Assembly (NCBI GenBank): GCA_963764695.1
Contig: CAVXTW010000015.1
Coordinates: 349,845 to 413,844 of the forward strand
DNA: 64,000 nucleotides
Source: an uncultured delta proteobacterium
Lineage (GTDB): Bacteria; Myxococcota_A; Polyangia; Haliangiales; Haliangiaceae
Direction of reading: 5' to 3'
Positions 62,605 through 64,000 of this stretch are shown in pieces (within the stretch, counting starts at the first letter, position 1; every line of letters begins with the position of its first letter). The notes below the pieces were generated by a model. The model did no database searches. It was not told the DNA's origin and saw nothing but the letters and a program-made list of their open reading frames with translations. The position numbers and the translations under genes were made by a program.

Positions 62605-63804
62605 ATGCCCAGCCACAGTACTCCGCCCGGAGTCGCCGCCCTGTTACACAAGACGGAGCGGGTCCCGCGAGGCTCCGGGCAGCACCAGCTCCCGCGCGTG
62701 CGCCGGCGGGCCCTGCCGCTTCCGGCCGCGCCGGTGCCCATGTGGGCGGCCGAGGACGACGAGCCGACCGAGCTGCGCGTCATGGGGCCAAACGGTCCGA
62801 CGCCCGAGCGCTGGGGGCCTGCCGGCTCGGGCCTGCTGCGGACCGAGCGAGCCATCGGGCCAGGGTCCATCATCGGCAACTACCGGGTCATCGAGCCCCT
62901 GGCCAACGGCGGGATGGGCATCGTCTATCTGGGCGAGCACCTGCACCTCCGGCGCCAGGTCGCGATCAAGTTCCTGCACGAGCGCCTTCTATGGGATCGC
63001 TGGGCGGTCGCGCGCTTCTTCGCCGAGGCGATCGCTGCGTCGCGCGTCTCGCACCCGGGCACGGTCACCGTGCTCGACTACGGCACGTTCGAGGGCGGCG
63101 GCTACCTGGTCATGGAGCTCCTGCGCGGCGAGACCCTGAGCGGGCGCCTGGAGCGCGAGTGCCGGCTGCCCGTCGCGCGCATCCTCGACTTCGGCATGCA
63201 GCTGGCACTCACCCTGACCGCGGCGCACGATGCCGGCGTCATCCATCGCGACCTCAAGCCTGACAACATCTTCCTGGTCCCGGACGGCACCGGCTACGAG
63301 CAGGTCAAGGTGCTCGACTTCGGCGTCGCCAAGCTGACCTCGGACCGCGCGGCCCCGACCACCCAGCGAGGCGACCTGCTCGGCACGCCGCTCTACATGG
63401 CGCCGGAGCAGAGCGTGCACGCCGGCAGCGTCGACCAGCGCTGCGACATCTACTCGCTCGGCTGCGTGCTCTACCAGCTCGTCACCGGCATGGCGCCGTT
63501 CCGCGGCTCCATGTTCGAGATCCTGATCGCGCACCAGAAGGAGCCGCCGCCGTCGCCGCGCTCCTACGACCCCACCATCCCGCACGCCCTCGACGAGCTC
63601 ATCCTGCGCATGATGAACAAGTCGCCGGACGGGCGGCCCGGCAGCATGGCCGAGGTCGTGCGCGTGCTGGGCAGCATCCAGCGCGATCTGGCCGGCGAGG
63701 TGACGCGCCGCCCGGCGTACCGCTCCAGCGCGATCTGGCTCGGCCTGTTCTTCGGGCTCGGCCTGACCATCGCCGGCCTCTCGCACCTGTCTCACTACTG
63801 GTGA
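62605..63804 (+). CDS. Ser/Thr protein kinase with C-terminal membrane anchor
   Basis: Kinase motifs GGMGIVYLGEH, AIK, HRDLKPDNIFL, DFGVAK, APEQ. C-terminal TM AIWLGLFFGLGLTIAGL. Confidence 0.8.
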   Translation: MPSHSTPPGVAALLHKTERVPRGSGQHQLPRVRRRALPLPAAPVPMWAAEDDEPTELRVMGPNGPTPERWGPAGSGLLRTERAIGPGSIIGNYRVIEPLANGGMGIVYLGEHLHLRRQVAIKFLHERLLWDRWAVARFFAEAIAASRVSHPGTVTVLDYGTFEGGGYLVMELLRGETLSGRLERECRLPVARILDFGMQLALTLTAAHDAGVIHRDLKPDNIFLVPDGTGYEQVKVLDFGVAKLTSDRAAPTTQRGDLLGTPLYMAPEQSVHAGSVDQRCDIYSLGCVLYQLVTGMAPFRGSMFEILIAHQKEPPPSPRSYDPTIPHALDELILRMMNKSPDGRPGSMAEVVRVLGSIQRDLAGEVTRRPAYRSSAIWLGLFFGLGLTIAGLSHLSHYW

Positions 63805-63817
63805 GCAGGCGCCGCCC

Positions 63818-64000
63818 TCACTTCGCGCCGACGATCGCGGCGGCCTGCTCCTCGTAGGCCGCGATGGCGCGCCGGTGCTCGTCCGGGTGCTCGGGGCCGG
63901 CGAACGACGCGTGCACCGATCGGATGGTGCCATCGCGATTCACGAACAGCGTGATCGGAAACCCGGAGGCGTCCACGCCCTCGATGCCCGGCGGGATGAT
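63818..64000 (-). CDS. 3' end of a thioredoxin-fold (redoxin/TlpA-like) protein gene continuing beyond the window
   Basis: Reverse translation …IIPPGIEGVDASGFPITLFVNRDGTIRSVHASFAGPEHPDEHRRAIAAYEEQAAAIVGAK* resembles the C-terminal redoxin block (…F(L/V)(I/V)(D/N)RDG.I…). Confidence 0.45.
   Translation of the reverse strand: MIPPGIEGVDASGFPITLFVNRDGTIRSVHASFAGPEHPDEHRRAIAAYEEQAAAIVGAK

Overview
The window is 64 kb of very GC-rich (about 70%) bacterial chromosome. It is densely coding on both strands and carries many long antisense shadow ORFs.

Organism guess (inference only): a myxobacterium (Myxococcota). The evidence is a MYXO-CTERM-like sorting motif, many lipoproteins with Cys lipoboxes, DUF1549/DUF1553 + DUF1501 gene pairs, ECF sigma/anti-sigma pairs and Hanks-type Ser/Thr kinases.

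Gene content:
- Secreted proteases (a tandem paralog pair).
- An ECF sigma / zinc-finger anti-sigma pair, and a second ECF sigma with a giant anti-sigma carrying FecR, VIT, vWA and TPR-like domains.
- A polysaccharide-related cluster: GT4 glycosyltransferase, heparinase II/III-like lyase, GNAT, UDP-sugar dehydrogenase, 4-epimerase.
- A beta-oxidation block (FadN-like, thiolase, acyl-CoA dehydrogenase).
- Redox proteins: a di-heme cytochrome c lipoprotein, a HiPIP-like protein, a truncated-hemoglobin lipoprotein and two ferritin-like di-iron proteins.
- A TetR-regulated SDR with perfect operator palindromes.
- Three tRNA genes: Leu-TAG, Lys-CTT, Arg-TCG.

Most unusual observations:
- A 1,814-codon ORF that concatenates three gene-like modules (MYXO-CTERM lipoprotein, beta-propeller lipoprotein, acyltransferase) with no stop codons between them.
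- A ~160-bp tandem repeat array in which every unit ends with the 3' end of tRNA-Leu.
- A candidate toxin/immunity-like cargo just beyond that array: a signal-less PG-binding HExxH protein, a lipoprotein and an unknown 565-aa protein.
- A family of hexamer-built palindromic intergenic elements.
- A GTCCGGAC-core repeat family flanking a tetR gene in opposite orientations.
- At least 8 single-base frameshifts in otherwise conserved genes (including six that interrupt enzyme-coding genes). This points to an error-prone assembly or widespread pseudogenisation.

Start codons in this GC-rich DNA are uncertain. All family assignments are from motif recognition by eye; no searches were run.
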